Source: Basidiobolus meristosporus CBS 931.73 (lineage: Eukaryota; Fungi; Basidiobolomycota). From it: DNA of 64,000 nucleotides. Numbering within the stretch: position 1 is the stretch's first letter; the number at the start of each line of letters is the position of its first letter. Both the position numbers and the translations under genes were made by a program. Under the pieces are notes generated by a model. It ran no database searches. It was not told the DNA's origin and saw nothing but the letters and a program-made list of their open reading frames with translations. Of this stretch, positions 1 to 11,700 are shown in pieces. The stretch covers positions 132,272 to 196,271 of the forward strand of contig MCFE01000049.1 of NCBI GenBank assembly GCA_002104905.1, in the 5' to 3' direction.

Positions 1-430
1 TCAACAAAAGTATGTTCTGGGTTCAGCATCCTTTGAGATGACAATGTACTAAAGCTTCCCAAGTCAAAACAACTGTAAACCCCACCAGTAGGGACTTGAT
101 AAGAATGCAGCTGTGGTAAATAGTTACAAAGACAGAAAAGCACCTTTTCCTGTACAAGAATAAATTTGGGAAAGAATCAAATATAGTAAAAGATACCCAT
201 TCTGAGTATTGCTCACAAGTAGTGCCTCAAAGGTCAGTTGGCTGTTAGCATGGTTTTCTGGGAGTGTCCTGTGGTGTGGGATTGGAAGTTTAGGTAGCAG
301 CTGGCAGTAGTGATCATACTAATCAACAAGTTGGTATATTGATAAAAGGGATGATGAATTATTCTTGATGGACTGCCTCCCTTGTATGCTTTTCTCACTG
401 TCTAAGTGATTATGGATCATGGTGTTCCAG
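1..430 (-). mobile_element. 3' part of a family-A LTR, split by the insertion at 431-1500 and running off the window start
   Basis: The reverse complement of 1-430 aligns with 865-1290 of the LTR at 431-1500 (e.g. CTGGAACACCATGAT..., CCCTTTTATCAATATACCAACTTGTTGATTAGT). Confidence 0.85.
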
Positions 431-1500
431 TGTAGTGGGGTGACAGTGACGCCCACTGACAGATGTGCTCATTCCCTTATTTTCTACTTCCCTATATCTC
501 TACTACACTTATTTTAGTTTTATCCCATTTGTCTTACCCAATCAAGACTATCCCATAAACCAGTTGACTTTCACACCTGCTTACCTTATTGCATAAGTTA
601 CCCTTCACTTTCTGTTAGATTACTAGCTATAAGTGCTTCTATATTAGGCAGGTACCTGTGCCAGTACCCGCAACACATGATCAACCCATGTCACCATCCC
701 TACCATTTCCATACCATATATGGTATCCCTATGTTACATAGGTTCAGAATACTGATTCCTGATTGGTTGGATGTGCTGTGCCTCTTAGAACCTTCTGGTA
801 CCTACTTAGAACATTCTTAGGTCATTCTGATGTCACTAATATTTCTATCAATATCTGGAACCTTCTGGAACACCATGATTAGTAATCACTCAGCCAGTGA
901 GGAAAGTATATAAGGGAGGCTATCCCTCAACAATAAATCTTCATCCCTTTTATCAATATACCAACTTGTTGATTAGTGTGAATACTGCTATCTGCTGCTA
1001 CCTGAACTTCCAACCCCAGACCACAGGACACTCCCAGGAAACCGCGCCAACAGCCAAATGACCTTGGAGGCACTACTTGTGAGGAATACTCATAGTAGGT
1101 ATCTTTTATTATATTTGATTCTTTCCCAAGTTTGTTCTTGTACAGGCAAAGATACTTTTCTGTCTTTGTAACTATTGACCACAGCTCCATTCTTATCAAG
1201 TCCCTGCGGGTGGGGTTTACAGTTGTTTTGACTTTGGAAGCTTTAGTACATTGTCATCTCAAAGGACGCTGAACCCAGCAGATACTTTTGCTAAGACGCC
1301 AACTAAGTTGGGGATTGTAGCTCAATAGTCTTCCCCTGACAAGCTTGTGGCTTTATTCCCCTTCACATTAGATTAGAGACAGAACCCAAGTATTCCTAGC
1401 AAGCTTTTGCCAGAGGTTATTGTACCCAGTGAACATCCCACACACAAAACACTTGAGAAGTGTTGGATGTATCTCTTCCTTGGACCTATACACCACCACA
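431..1500 (+). mobile_element. Solo LTR, family A (1070 bp, gypsy-type)
   Basis: Termini TGTAGTGG...CCACCACA. Flanks are CCAG (427-430) and CTGG (1501-1504), read as a decayed CCGG TSD. TATATAAG at ~907 and AATAAA at ~932. Removing it rejoins the two halves of an antiparallel LTR. Confidence 0.85.
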
Positions 1501-1939
1501 CTGGAGGGTTTCAGAGATCAATAGAAATCTCAATGATGTCAGAATGAGCTGAGAGTATTCTAACTAGGTGCCAGATGGCTCTCAGAAGCACAGCACATCC
1601 AACCAATCAGGAATTAGTACTCTGAAGCCTGTGTAACATAGGGATACTATATATGATATAGAAATGGTAGGGATGGTGACACATGTAGACCATGTTTCAC
1701 ATGTAGTGGCGCAGGTACTTGCCTAGTATAGAAAAACTTACAGGTAGTAGTTGCACATAAAGTGAGGGATAGCTTATGTAATAAGGTAAACAAGTGTGAT
1801 AGTCAGCCTGCTGACAGGATAGTACTGATCAAGTAAAACAAATGGGATAAAACTAAAATAAGTGTAGTAGAGAAATGGGGAAGTAGAGAATATGGGAATG
1901 AGCACATCTATCAGTGGGTGTCACTATAGCCCCACCACA
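1501..1939 (-). mobile_element. 5' part of a family-A LTR that interrupts gypsy RNase H
   Basis: Starts TGTGGTGGGGCTATAGTGACACCCACTGA on the minus strand at 1939 and aligns with 431-868. It abuts the RNase H ...MGHSA (DHSAL-like) codons with no integrase or PPT in between. Confidence 0.85.
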
Positions 1940-4900
1940 GCACTGTGGCCCATTACCATTGTGAATTGGCAACAATGTGTGTGTGCATGGAATTGCCCAA
2001 TTGAATAAACAATAGTTGGACATTTTATCTTGGTAATGGGGTAGTTATGCTTGTGTTTGTTTAGCAAACAGCTCATGTAACCAATTGGGTGGAATTTGCC
2101 AGGTTGGTGGTATTGTCCCAGTACAGTGCCTGTACCAGTGAGGCTTCCATTACAGTTAGTAAAAAATTGCACTTCCCAATTGGGAAAACATAACACTGGG
2201 AGTGATGTCAGGGAGTGTGTTATATGATCAAATGCTTCCTCTTGAGGCTCCAACCATATAAAACACTGGCCTTGCTGCATTAATATGTACAGGGGGGCTG
2301 CTATTGCTGCAAAGTTTTTGACAAAGCGGCAATAGTAACTTGCAAATCCTAGGAGCCCAGACATTGCATTGATATCCTTTGGTGCGGGTGTATCTTGAAT
2401 GGACTTCAGTAGTAAAGTAGATAGGAATATCCCATCTACTAAGATCCTGTGGCCCTGGAGCAAAAATTTTGTATACCAGAAGTGGCACTTCTTGGGATAT
2501 AGTTTGAGTTGCTTGTCAAGGAGGGCTGTCACAATACAATGCATATTGTGTATATGTTCTTCTACATCAAGGGAATATAATGTGATGTTGTCAAGATACA
2601 CAAGAGTGCATTGCCATTGTAAATTTCCTAGTACCTTATCAATCACTCTTTGTAACATAGTAGGGGCATTACACAAGCCAAAGTGTAGTCATTTCCATTT
2701 GTATAATCCAAACAATGTGATGAAAGTGGTTTTGGGTTGATCCTCAGGGGCTACTTCTACTTGCCAATAGCCAGAGATGAATTCAAGAGAGCTAAATATT
2801 TAGCTCCAACTAATCTGTCAAAGAGGTTGACCACTTGTGGTGGTGGATACACATCCTTGTAGGTGTTGGCATTCAGTTTTTGGCAGCCAATGTAAAAATG
2901 TTGCTATCCATCCTTCTTTAGGACTATTACTATAGGGGAGGCCTACAGAGAGTGGCACACTGCAATGATGTTGTCTTTTAATAAAGTTTGAATTGCCTCT
3001 TTCATATGTTCTGTGTTAATTTTCAAGTACTGATAGGCTTTTTGCCGGATGGGGTACTTGTCAGCAAGGTGGATTTGGTGATACATCCTGGGTATATGGC
3101 TAATATCCTGGTTCTTAGAGATTACTTAAGCAAGAGGGCACATTTCTTCTAGGAACTTTTCTTGTAGCATATGTGGTAGACCAGGATCCACATCCAGTTT
3201 GGGGAGCTCCTCTTCTGATTCCTTGCTTGTAGATGGTCCTTGGTTGTTTCTGTCAACTTCCTCTATGTTTAACAACAGCACTCCTGTAGGCAATACCACC
3301 ATGTGTTGTCTGTTGTTGACCACTAAGCATTGCACATTTTGCGCTTCAAATTTTGGTGGTATCCATACTTTAGGAATTAAGATTCCTTCCAGATAGTTGA
3401 GTACCTTTGTTGCAGTTATCATTCTTCCCTTTGTCAAATACGCTATTGGTGTCTCTAATGAGATCATTTTCTCACCAGCAGATGGTAGACTTGTTCTGTT
3501 GGACAGTGCCACATTGAGCCGTGAGTGCCAAATGATGCCATAGTGTGCCTGAGAGGCCAAGTGAGCATACACTTGGGCACAGAGTGTGAAACATGGATCT
3601 GCATCTTCATATAAAGCATCCCCTGTGTTTCACCTATGATGCAGGAGAAAATCCATTTTTTGACGTTTTTTTGTGGATCAATATTGTGCAGGATGTGCAA
3701 GAGCACTAAAGGATTGAAGACATGTGCCTGGTACTCAATACGCATGGCACTCTGAATCAAGCTCCTGTGGCTTGTAACATGTTGCAAAAATGCATGGCAC
3801 TATCTTGGTCCACTGGTACTATCCCGCACTATATTTAAATATTAGCCCTAAAGTAAGATCAATACAAAGCACTTATAGTGCCTGATAGTACCAGTGGACC
3901 AAGATAGTGCCATGCATTTTTGTGGCATGTTACAAGCCACAGGAGCTAGATTCCGAGTGCCATGGATATTGAGTACTAGATGCATATCTTTAATTCTTTA
4001 GTGCTCTTACACACCCTGTACAACATTGACCTAAAAAAAAGGTCAAAAAATGGATTTTCTCCATCACAATGAGTGAAACACAGGGGCTGCTTTGCATGAA
4101 GATGCAGATCTATGTTTCACACTCTGTGCCCAAGTGTAGGCTCACTTGGCTTCTCAGGCACACCATGGCATCATTTGGCACTCATGGCTCAATGTGACAC
4201 TATCCAACGGAACAAGTCTGGTATTTTATCACCTTTTGTGTGATGATTGGAGGCTGTGATGGTTACACCTCTTCAATCCTCACACTATAACTATATGCCT
4301 TGGTTTCATTGGTGATATTATACAGTGGGATGCTCTTGGTATCCCACCTGAGTTCAGATGCACTGTTGAGTATGTCCATCTTATGTTAGATAAGCCAATT
4401 CTTGCCAATAAGTAGGTTGTTGGCTGCAATGGGTAGGACCAAAACATCTTGATGTATACTCAGGTTACCTAGCCGGATAAGGCAATTGGGTACAACTCCT
4501 ACTGTTGTGTCGAGTTGGTCATTTACTGGCCATACCCAAATGGTGTCATTTGGGACTATGTATAATTTTAGAAGTTTGGTTAATGACTCTGACATGAGCA
4601 ACATAGAGGATCCTGTGTCTATGAGTGCATGAATCTCCTTATTCTCTATATGTACCTTTATGTATGTACCCTTGTTTGGCTTTTGTAGGACTGTCTGGTT
4701 GACATAAAGGGTTGTTATCTCCTTCAATCCTTCTAACAATTCTTTGACTAGAGCCAGGGTAAGTCCCAGCAAATTGGTTTTTGGGCAGGTTACCTTGGTT
4801 TGCTGTAGTACCTTCATTATAGGGGATAGGCCATGGGAGGAAATACTAGCATTCCTAGTTTGCTTCAATACTTCTTCCCAAGGTTCATTCTGTACTTCAT

Positions 4901-5957
4901 CACTCACCTCCATGTTCTTTCCCTTTGACAGAACTTCTACTATGGGCTCCTTTGCCTCCCCTCTAGATGCATCATTTCAACACTTCTTCTTCCATACTTT
5001 GACTGCTCTGACTGGAGGGCTTAAATTGAATGAGTCCTGTTGGCCCCCTGGCAAGAGACTCTGTCTTTTGACGCCTTCTTCTCCTTTGTTTCTAGTACAG
5101 GTTCTTGTCAATACTGTTTTCACATATTTTGGCTCTGTGGCCTACTTCTCTGCATACAAAACCTGGATACAGTTGTTGTGGTTATTTCATCTGTTGGGTC
5201 AGGGCTTGTACCTGGGCCTTTATATCTATAATAGCTTCCCAGAGCTTATTGCCTTCTTTGGGGATGTCTTGCCACACTTAATCAAGAGTTTTTGGACCTT
5301 TTGTTGTATTTCCTCTAACTCACAGTCTTTTGAGGAGGCAATTTCTTGTTTTTTATAGGGGATCCCTGTTCTTTGATCATCCATATCACTACAGGGTAGC
5401 CCAATAGCAAGATGACCCCTCTTACTTGTTTGACTAACTCTTGCAGTGTTTTATATCCCTGTAGCTCTTTTGATGCCCTATGTTTTATTTTGTTGTCTAA
5501 GCCCATGATGTATTACCTCATGAGCTGCTGTTTGGCAATTTTGTCCCTTGGGTGACATTAAACCTGTTGCAGAAATAGCTCAATGTAGGCTTTGTAGCTC
5601 TCACTGCATTTTTTGCAAGGACAGTAGAAGGGCTTCATAGTGGTACCCTTCAGCATACATAAAGCATGTCTTGTAGGTTTCTTTCAGTGCATCCCAGTCA
5701 CCTTTAAATGTGTCTTCAAACCCATAATGCCATCAACATGCTGATCCTTCCATATGTTGTGCAAACTCTCTTACTTTCTTATTGTCATCCCATCCTGTAT
5801 CAACCATAACTCTCTCAGACTTATCAAACCACTCAAGGGCCTTCTCTCTGTTCCCTTTGTTTACTCTCAGTTTGTTGTAGTAGTCATTACCTCACTTGTG
5901 CTTATTTCTACAGAGACAGCACCAAATCTGTGGGTGATTACTGACTGCTTGGTAGTT
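1940..5957 (-). mobile_element. Degenerate Ty3/gypsy internal region: gag, aspartic protease, RT, RNase H (many stops and frameshifts)
   Basis: Gag-like W..LK.TYK at ~5700; protease IHALIDTGSS (ORF 4386-4913); RT FGLCNAPTMLQR and YLDN (decayed YLDD); RNase H NCNGSLTGTGTVLGQ (ORF 1924-2676). No matching LTR or integrase is seen in the window. Confidence 0.9.
3487..4219. mobile_element. Foldback/MITE-like element with ~347-bp inverted arms, 40-bp spacer and 3-bp TSD (GGT)
   Basis: 3487-3833 is the reverse complement of 3874-4219 (AGACTTGTTC..GTTGGA / TCCAACGGAACAAGTCT). GGT lies on both flanks (3484-3486, 4220-4222). Removing it and one GGT restores a gypsy pol frame (KIPSAGEKM). No coding capacity. 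Confidence 0.85.
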
Positions 5958-5962
5958 GGGGG

Positions 5963-6311
5963 TGTTGAAAGAGTCTTGGAGATATTGGAAGTGATTTGGA
6001 GAACAAGTAGATTATGTGGTTTTCACTTAATGATTTATTGAATGTAAATGTAGTATTTATACTTTTACCTGGTCTTGGCATTACAAACACGTAGAATAGG
6101 TTAAGGAAGGTCCCAAGAGCATGTGTGCAAAGTTTGGGGCTGTTTGGACAACTTTGAGAATTCTCATGTTCTGGGTACCTGGTATTTTGGTGAAAATATT
6201 CTAAGTAAATCCCAACAAGGAATTTGGTCAATATTCTCTAGGATTTGAAGGTGATGATCTAAGTGACTAAGTTAGGTGAATATTTAGGTGGAAATACAAA
6301 TTTTTACAACA
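5963..6311 (-). mobile_element. Solo LTR of the copia family (349 bp)
   Basis: Reverse complement of the copia LTR at 8749-9097, with a perfect 5-bp TSD GGGGG at 5958-5962 and 6312-6316. Confidence 0.93.
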
Positions 6312-6316
6312 GGGGG

Positions 6317-7060
6317 AGCTTGTAGGTCAAGTTAGTACCACTTTGTTCAGAATAGCTTCCAATAGAAGGTAGCCAGGTAATAAAGAGTTAAGTATATTAC
6401 ATTGATATTTGTCTACTTTAACTTGTCTCAGTTGGATATATATATATATATATATATATCACGGACAAGGGCTTAGGTGATAGCCAATGTGATATAAGAT
6501 AGGGGTGTAAACACTGTGGGTTATTACTGACTGTACTTGGTGAGTGGGAGAGCTGGTAGGTCAAGTCAGTACCACTTGGTTCAGAATAGCTTCCGATAGA
6601 AGGTAGCAAGGTAATAAAGACTTCTGTTTATTTCATCCAAATCTTGTTGTTCTTCCTGGTTCAATTGGGTAGATATATATATCACTTGGAGGGGCTTAGA
6701 CAATAGACAATGTGTTATAAAATAGGGGTGTGAACACCTTCCTGTTATGGTAAGTGTTCTAACTAGATAAGGGCAGGGATAGGAGGGGAGGACGCGTGGG
6801 GGAATCATAGGGAGGGTACTGGAGGACTTTGGGTAGGACTCTGGAGGGAACTCTTGGGAGAACTCTTGGGCAAAGAGTGGGTACTACATTGAGTACTCAC
6901 AAACACCTCCTGTTATGGTAAGTGTTCTAACTAGGTAAGGACAGGAATAGGAAGAAGGATATATGAGGGACTTGTAGGGAGGATACTGGGGAGACTTTGG
7001 GTGAGACTCTGGGGGAACTCTTGCACAAAGAGTGGGCATTACATTTAGTACTCACAAATA
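6317..7060. repeat. Two sets of imperfect tandem duplications (~234-bp and ~168-bp periods) upstream of the gypsy gag
   Basis: AGCT.GTAGGTCAAGT.AGTACCACT at 6317 and 6551; TGTTATGGTAAGTGTTCTAACTAG at 6743 and 6911. Confidence 0.8.
6436..6459. repeat. (AT)12 microsatellite
   Basis: Read directly. The paralogous unit at ~6672 has a shorter AT run. Confidence 0.9.
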
Positions 7061-7180
7061 GCACTACCAACAGCTACCAAAGAATATTTGGTCAACAGCT
7101 TGCTTTACATTCAGTGCAACAAGCATGGCTACATCCAAAAAAAGCCATGTTGACAGTGTGCCCACTCAGTCAAATCAATT
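7060..7180 (+). mobile_element. Fragment homologous to the 5' region of ORF2 of the CACTA-like element
   Basis: ACAGCTTGCTTT.ACATTCAGTGCAACAAG...GACAGTGTGCCCA matches ~20100-20172. Confidence 0.7.
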
Positions 7181-8748
7181 AGTTTTATATGAAGCCCATC
7201 ACTATATCCGTCTTATCTATCAAATCAGTAGTATTAGTCAGCAGATGAACCAGCAAACCCTTGTCAGACAAAAAAAGATATGTTAAGTAGGATCTAATTG
7301 GGTAATGATGATGGTATCAAATGAGTCATCAGCCATATCCAACATTAGGAAATACAAGTAGTCATCTACAGATCTGACGCAATGTATAAAACAAGCTGCT
7401 AAAATGTCAAGAAAGGTTGGCTCAAGTTCCAGTGAATACAATACAAGCTACACTTCCTATTTCCTCTGCTAATATGGACTTCTCAGGCTCTCAGCTCAGT
7501 ATGCAACTCAGAATCTATGTGGAGCCATATGCAGATCATCCCTATGAAAAATAATTTGATCCTAGAGGTTGATCTGATCTGGATCAGCTGTCAAGATCCT
7601 GATTAGAGACCATCATAATAACAGCAGCTTGGAATTAGCGACCCTCCTAACAATCTTATGATGGGATCACATCTGTGTTTTGCTAATTTTACAACCAAAT
7701 AAAGGGATGAAACTTAACAATATTTATTGGTGCTGTGACAATATTTGCATAGTTGTTGCAGTCTTTCATTGCTCCATAACTATTTTAAGTGGATCCAGTT
7801 GGCCAGGATATCCAATTCCCTTATATGGCAAGAAACTTGATGGTTTTTTGACAGCCTCACAGCAAACCTCTGATGGCATTATATTGGCAGTATGACAGCC
7901 TACTGCTAGTTCTGTATGATGCTACCGTACCAATTTACCAAATGGTATTTCCTTTTTCTACCTCCCCTTGTGCATTTCATATATTCCACTGTAGAATAAC
8001 CACTCTTTATTTGCTTACTCACTACTACCTTGGATATTACACATATAGCTTGAATCAAAAAAAACTATGGACTCCTGCTTACTAACCTCCACAAACAAGC
8101 ACACCTGCTGCAATTGACATGCTTCTATCACCTCAGCTTTAGGGCTTTTTAGTGTGATACTTGCAAAGTTGCCATACACCTTGTATTGCTGGTAACATAT
8201 ACATCTTGTAAACACAAGCTTAGTTGTTGCCACTTCTGCCATAGATACCTCCTGAATATCCGCAAGGAACTTCTTAGTATTTAGCCAATATATTCCTTCT
8301 CCCAGCTGGATTCCAGTCCCCTTATAGGTGTGCTCTGGCTTTTGTTTGTGTGAATTCTGTATTGAATGGTGTAGAAGTTGGTTTGCAACCTTGAGAAATC
8401 TGGCATATCTTGGTAGAGTTTTTCTGATAAAAGTTAGTTGCTTGTTGCACCCTACCCAACTTTGCATTACTTAACTGATTACCCACACATTGGGGCTGCT
8501 TAACTTCTTAATGCCATAGGCATAGGTGTCTCCATGTGGAGATTTGTCCTCAGTATTTTCCAACTCTTTCTGGCTGTCCTCCATGTGCAAACTCATCACA
8601 TCCACTACAGACTTGAAGGTAGTATTCTTGATGAGACTGGGATATGGTAGTACCTGCAACTTGACTTGTCTTCCTATCTCCCCACACATCTGCTCAATAG
8701 GAAACTCCCAAAAGGTGAAGCAAGGCCCAATATTGTCCACACACCATT

Positions 8749-11700
8749 TGTTGTAAAAATTTGTATTTCCACCTAAATATTCACCTAACTTAGTTACTTA
8801 GATCATTACCTTCAAATCCTAGAGAATACTGACCAAATTCCTTGTTGGGATTTACTTAGAATATTTTCACCAAAATACCAGGTACCCAGAACATGAAAAT
8901 TCTCAAAGTTGTCCAAACAGCCCCAAACTTTGCACACATGTTCTTGGGACCTTCCTAAACCTATTCTATGTGTTTGTAATGCCAAGACCCGGTAAAAGTA
9001 TAAATACTACTTTTACATTCAATAAATCATCAAGTGAAAACCACATAATCTACTTGTTCTCCCAATCACTTCTAATATCTCCAAGACTCTTACAACAGGC
9101 TATGAGCCCAAAGCTGTCACTCTCTGTAATGTCTACTACTGCTATTACTGGAATTTTTCCCTCCGCTGAAAAGTTGGATGGATCTAACTACCAAGTGTGG
9201 AAGGTGAAGATGAAGATGCTGCTACAAGAAAGAGGCCTTTGGGATATTGTCATGAGAGAAGAATGCCCTACTAAAAACATGGGAGAGGAAGCCTTAAAGT
9301 ACCAGATGAAAGAACAAAGTGCCTTTAACTGTGTTTGCCTTAATGTCAAGGACAAATTGCTAATTCAATGCTCAAGAGCAAAAACAGCAAAGAATGCCTG
9401 GAAAGCATTAGAAGACACCTACCAGTCATGTTCAGCTGCCAAGAAAATGTATCTGAGACAAAAATTCTTTACCACAAAGATGCTGCCAGGAGAAGAAATG
9501 AAAAATCTAATTTACAGAATTACCCTGCTGGTAGATGAGATGGAATCTGTGGGTGTACCAACTACTGATGAGGATGTGATAGTTACCGTCCAGAGAAACC
9601 TAACAGACAAGCTGCAGGGCCTTGTATCAGCCCTAGAGTCCAGAACTGAAGATTTGACCTTAATTATGTATATGGAAGGCTCCTGGATGAAGAATTAAGA
9701 AAATCAAGCGCTAATAAGAAGGAAGAAGAAAATGCTTTAATAAGCAATGATAACCAACAAAGGAGGTACCAAAGAACCTACAAAGGCAATAGCAACCTGT
9801 TTTGTAACTACTGAAAAGGAAAGGACACACAGCAGACCGGTGTCTCAACCTGAAAGATAATCAGCAAAAGAAGCCTGAATATGGAAATGCTGCAACAACT
9901 GAAGATAGACTATTCATATCTGCACTAAATATGACCACAAACAAGGATTCTCAGACGTGGTATACTGACCCTGGAGCATCTCAACACTTTACACACCAAA
10001 AAGAACTTTGTACCCAATATCAAGAAATTCCAATTAAGAAGGTTTTCATGGGTGACAATAGAACACTTGATGCAGTGGGAGAAGGAACTATCCAAGTAAA
10101 CCTTAGAAGCAGTGAAGGAAGCCAGACACTGACCTTTAAAGAAGTACTCTATGTACCAGAAATAGCCAAGAACCTACTCTCTGTAAGCAAGGCCACAGCA
10201 GAAAGACTCAGTTTCAGTTTTGACAATTCTGGATGTAGGATCACTGATCAAAATGGTGCCCATATTGCTATGGGTATCAGATATCAGAATCTAAACAAGT
10301 TGACTTACATTCCATCATATCTAGAAGCCAATATAGGTAACTTAAATGAAGAAACACCAATGCTTTGGCACAGAAGACTTGGGCACATCAATCTTGATTA
10401 TTTGCGCAAAATGATCAAAGATCAGCTAATTTCTGGAGTGAAAATTGATCCCCCAGCTAATTTGGAGCACTGTGAAGCCTGCATATATGGGAAACAAGTC
10501 AGACAATTGTTCAAGAGCTCTGGGTTAATCAAAACTAAGAAAAAATTAGATCTAATTCACTCAGATCTGTGTGGACCTATGCAAAATTTATCCTTAGGCG
10601 GGATGAAGTAATTAATCACTTTTATTGCTGATTATACAAGATACACATGGGTCTACTTCATGGAGAGAAAGAAGGAAGCTCTGTCTAAGTTCAGGGAGCT
10701 TAAAGCCATGGTGGAGAGAGAAACTGGTGAAAAAATCAAGAAAATACGCTCTGACAATGGTAGAGAATATACCTCAAAACTCTTCATCCACTTCTGCAAA
10801 ATTCATGGGATAAAGCAAGAGACTACTGTACCATACTCCCCACAACAAAATGGAGTAGCAGAATGCGCTAACAGATCAATAATTGATATGGCAAGATCTA
10901 TGATCCATGATCAAAAATTATCCTACAATTTTTGGGCGGAATCCATTGCCACTGCGGTATATCTTGAAAATAGGAGTTATAACAGAATACTTTGTGATTC
11001 TACTTCATTTAGAGCATGGTATGGATGCAGACCAAGTGCAGAACATTGAAGAATATTTAGGTGTACAGCATACGCCAAAAAACTGGCCGGAAATCAGTCA
11101 AAATTTGAGCCAAAAAGTGTAAAATGCATATTTTTGGGCTACTGAAATGAGAGTAAGGCATACAGACTCTACAATACCAAAGCAAAGAAGCTGATCAAGT
11201 CCAGGGATGTGTTGTTTGATGAAAATTCAAAATTTTTACAAAAAATGACATCAATTGATGACAAAAATTTGATCTCAAGTCCACCAATTGTCAGGATTGA
11301 ATCAGAGCAAAACAATGAAAATTTTTTCACTCTAGAGGACTCTACAACCGTGGTTCAGCCAGAATCAATGCCCAGGAATATCCCAGAAGTGATCATTCCA
11401 GTATCAAATGCCTGGAGATCCAATCGGACAAGAAATAGCCCAAATTACTATATCAATGTGGGTACAAGCTTAGCCTATGCCTATTCAGTCCATATTGATG
11501 AGCCCCAGACTGTAAGAGAGGCCCTAAATAGCCCTTAGACAAAGTTTTGGAGATCTGCAATGACTGAGGAATATCAGGCCCTGATGGAAAATCAAACTTG
11601 GGACTTAGTCAAATTACCAATCAACCAAAAATCAATTGGATGCAGATGGGTCTTCAAGACAAAATACAAGGCTGATGGTACAATTGAAAGATACAAAGCA

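Noticed and set aside
6317-7060. CRISPR-like repeat-spacer array
   Set aside because: The units are long (168-234 bp), present as two copies each, lack unique spacers, and sit in a eukaryotic context.
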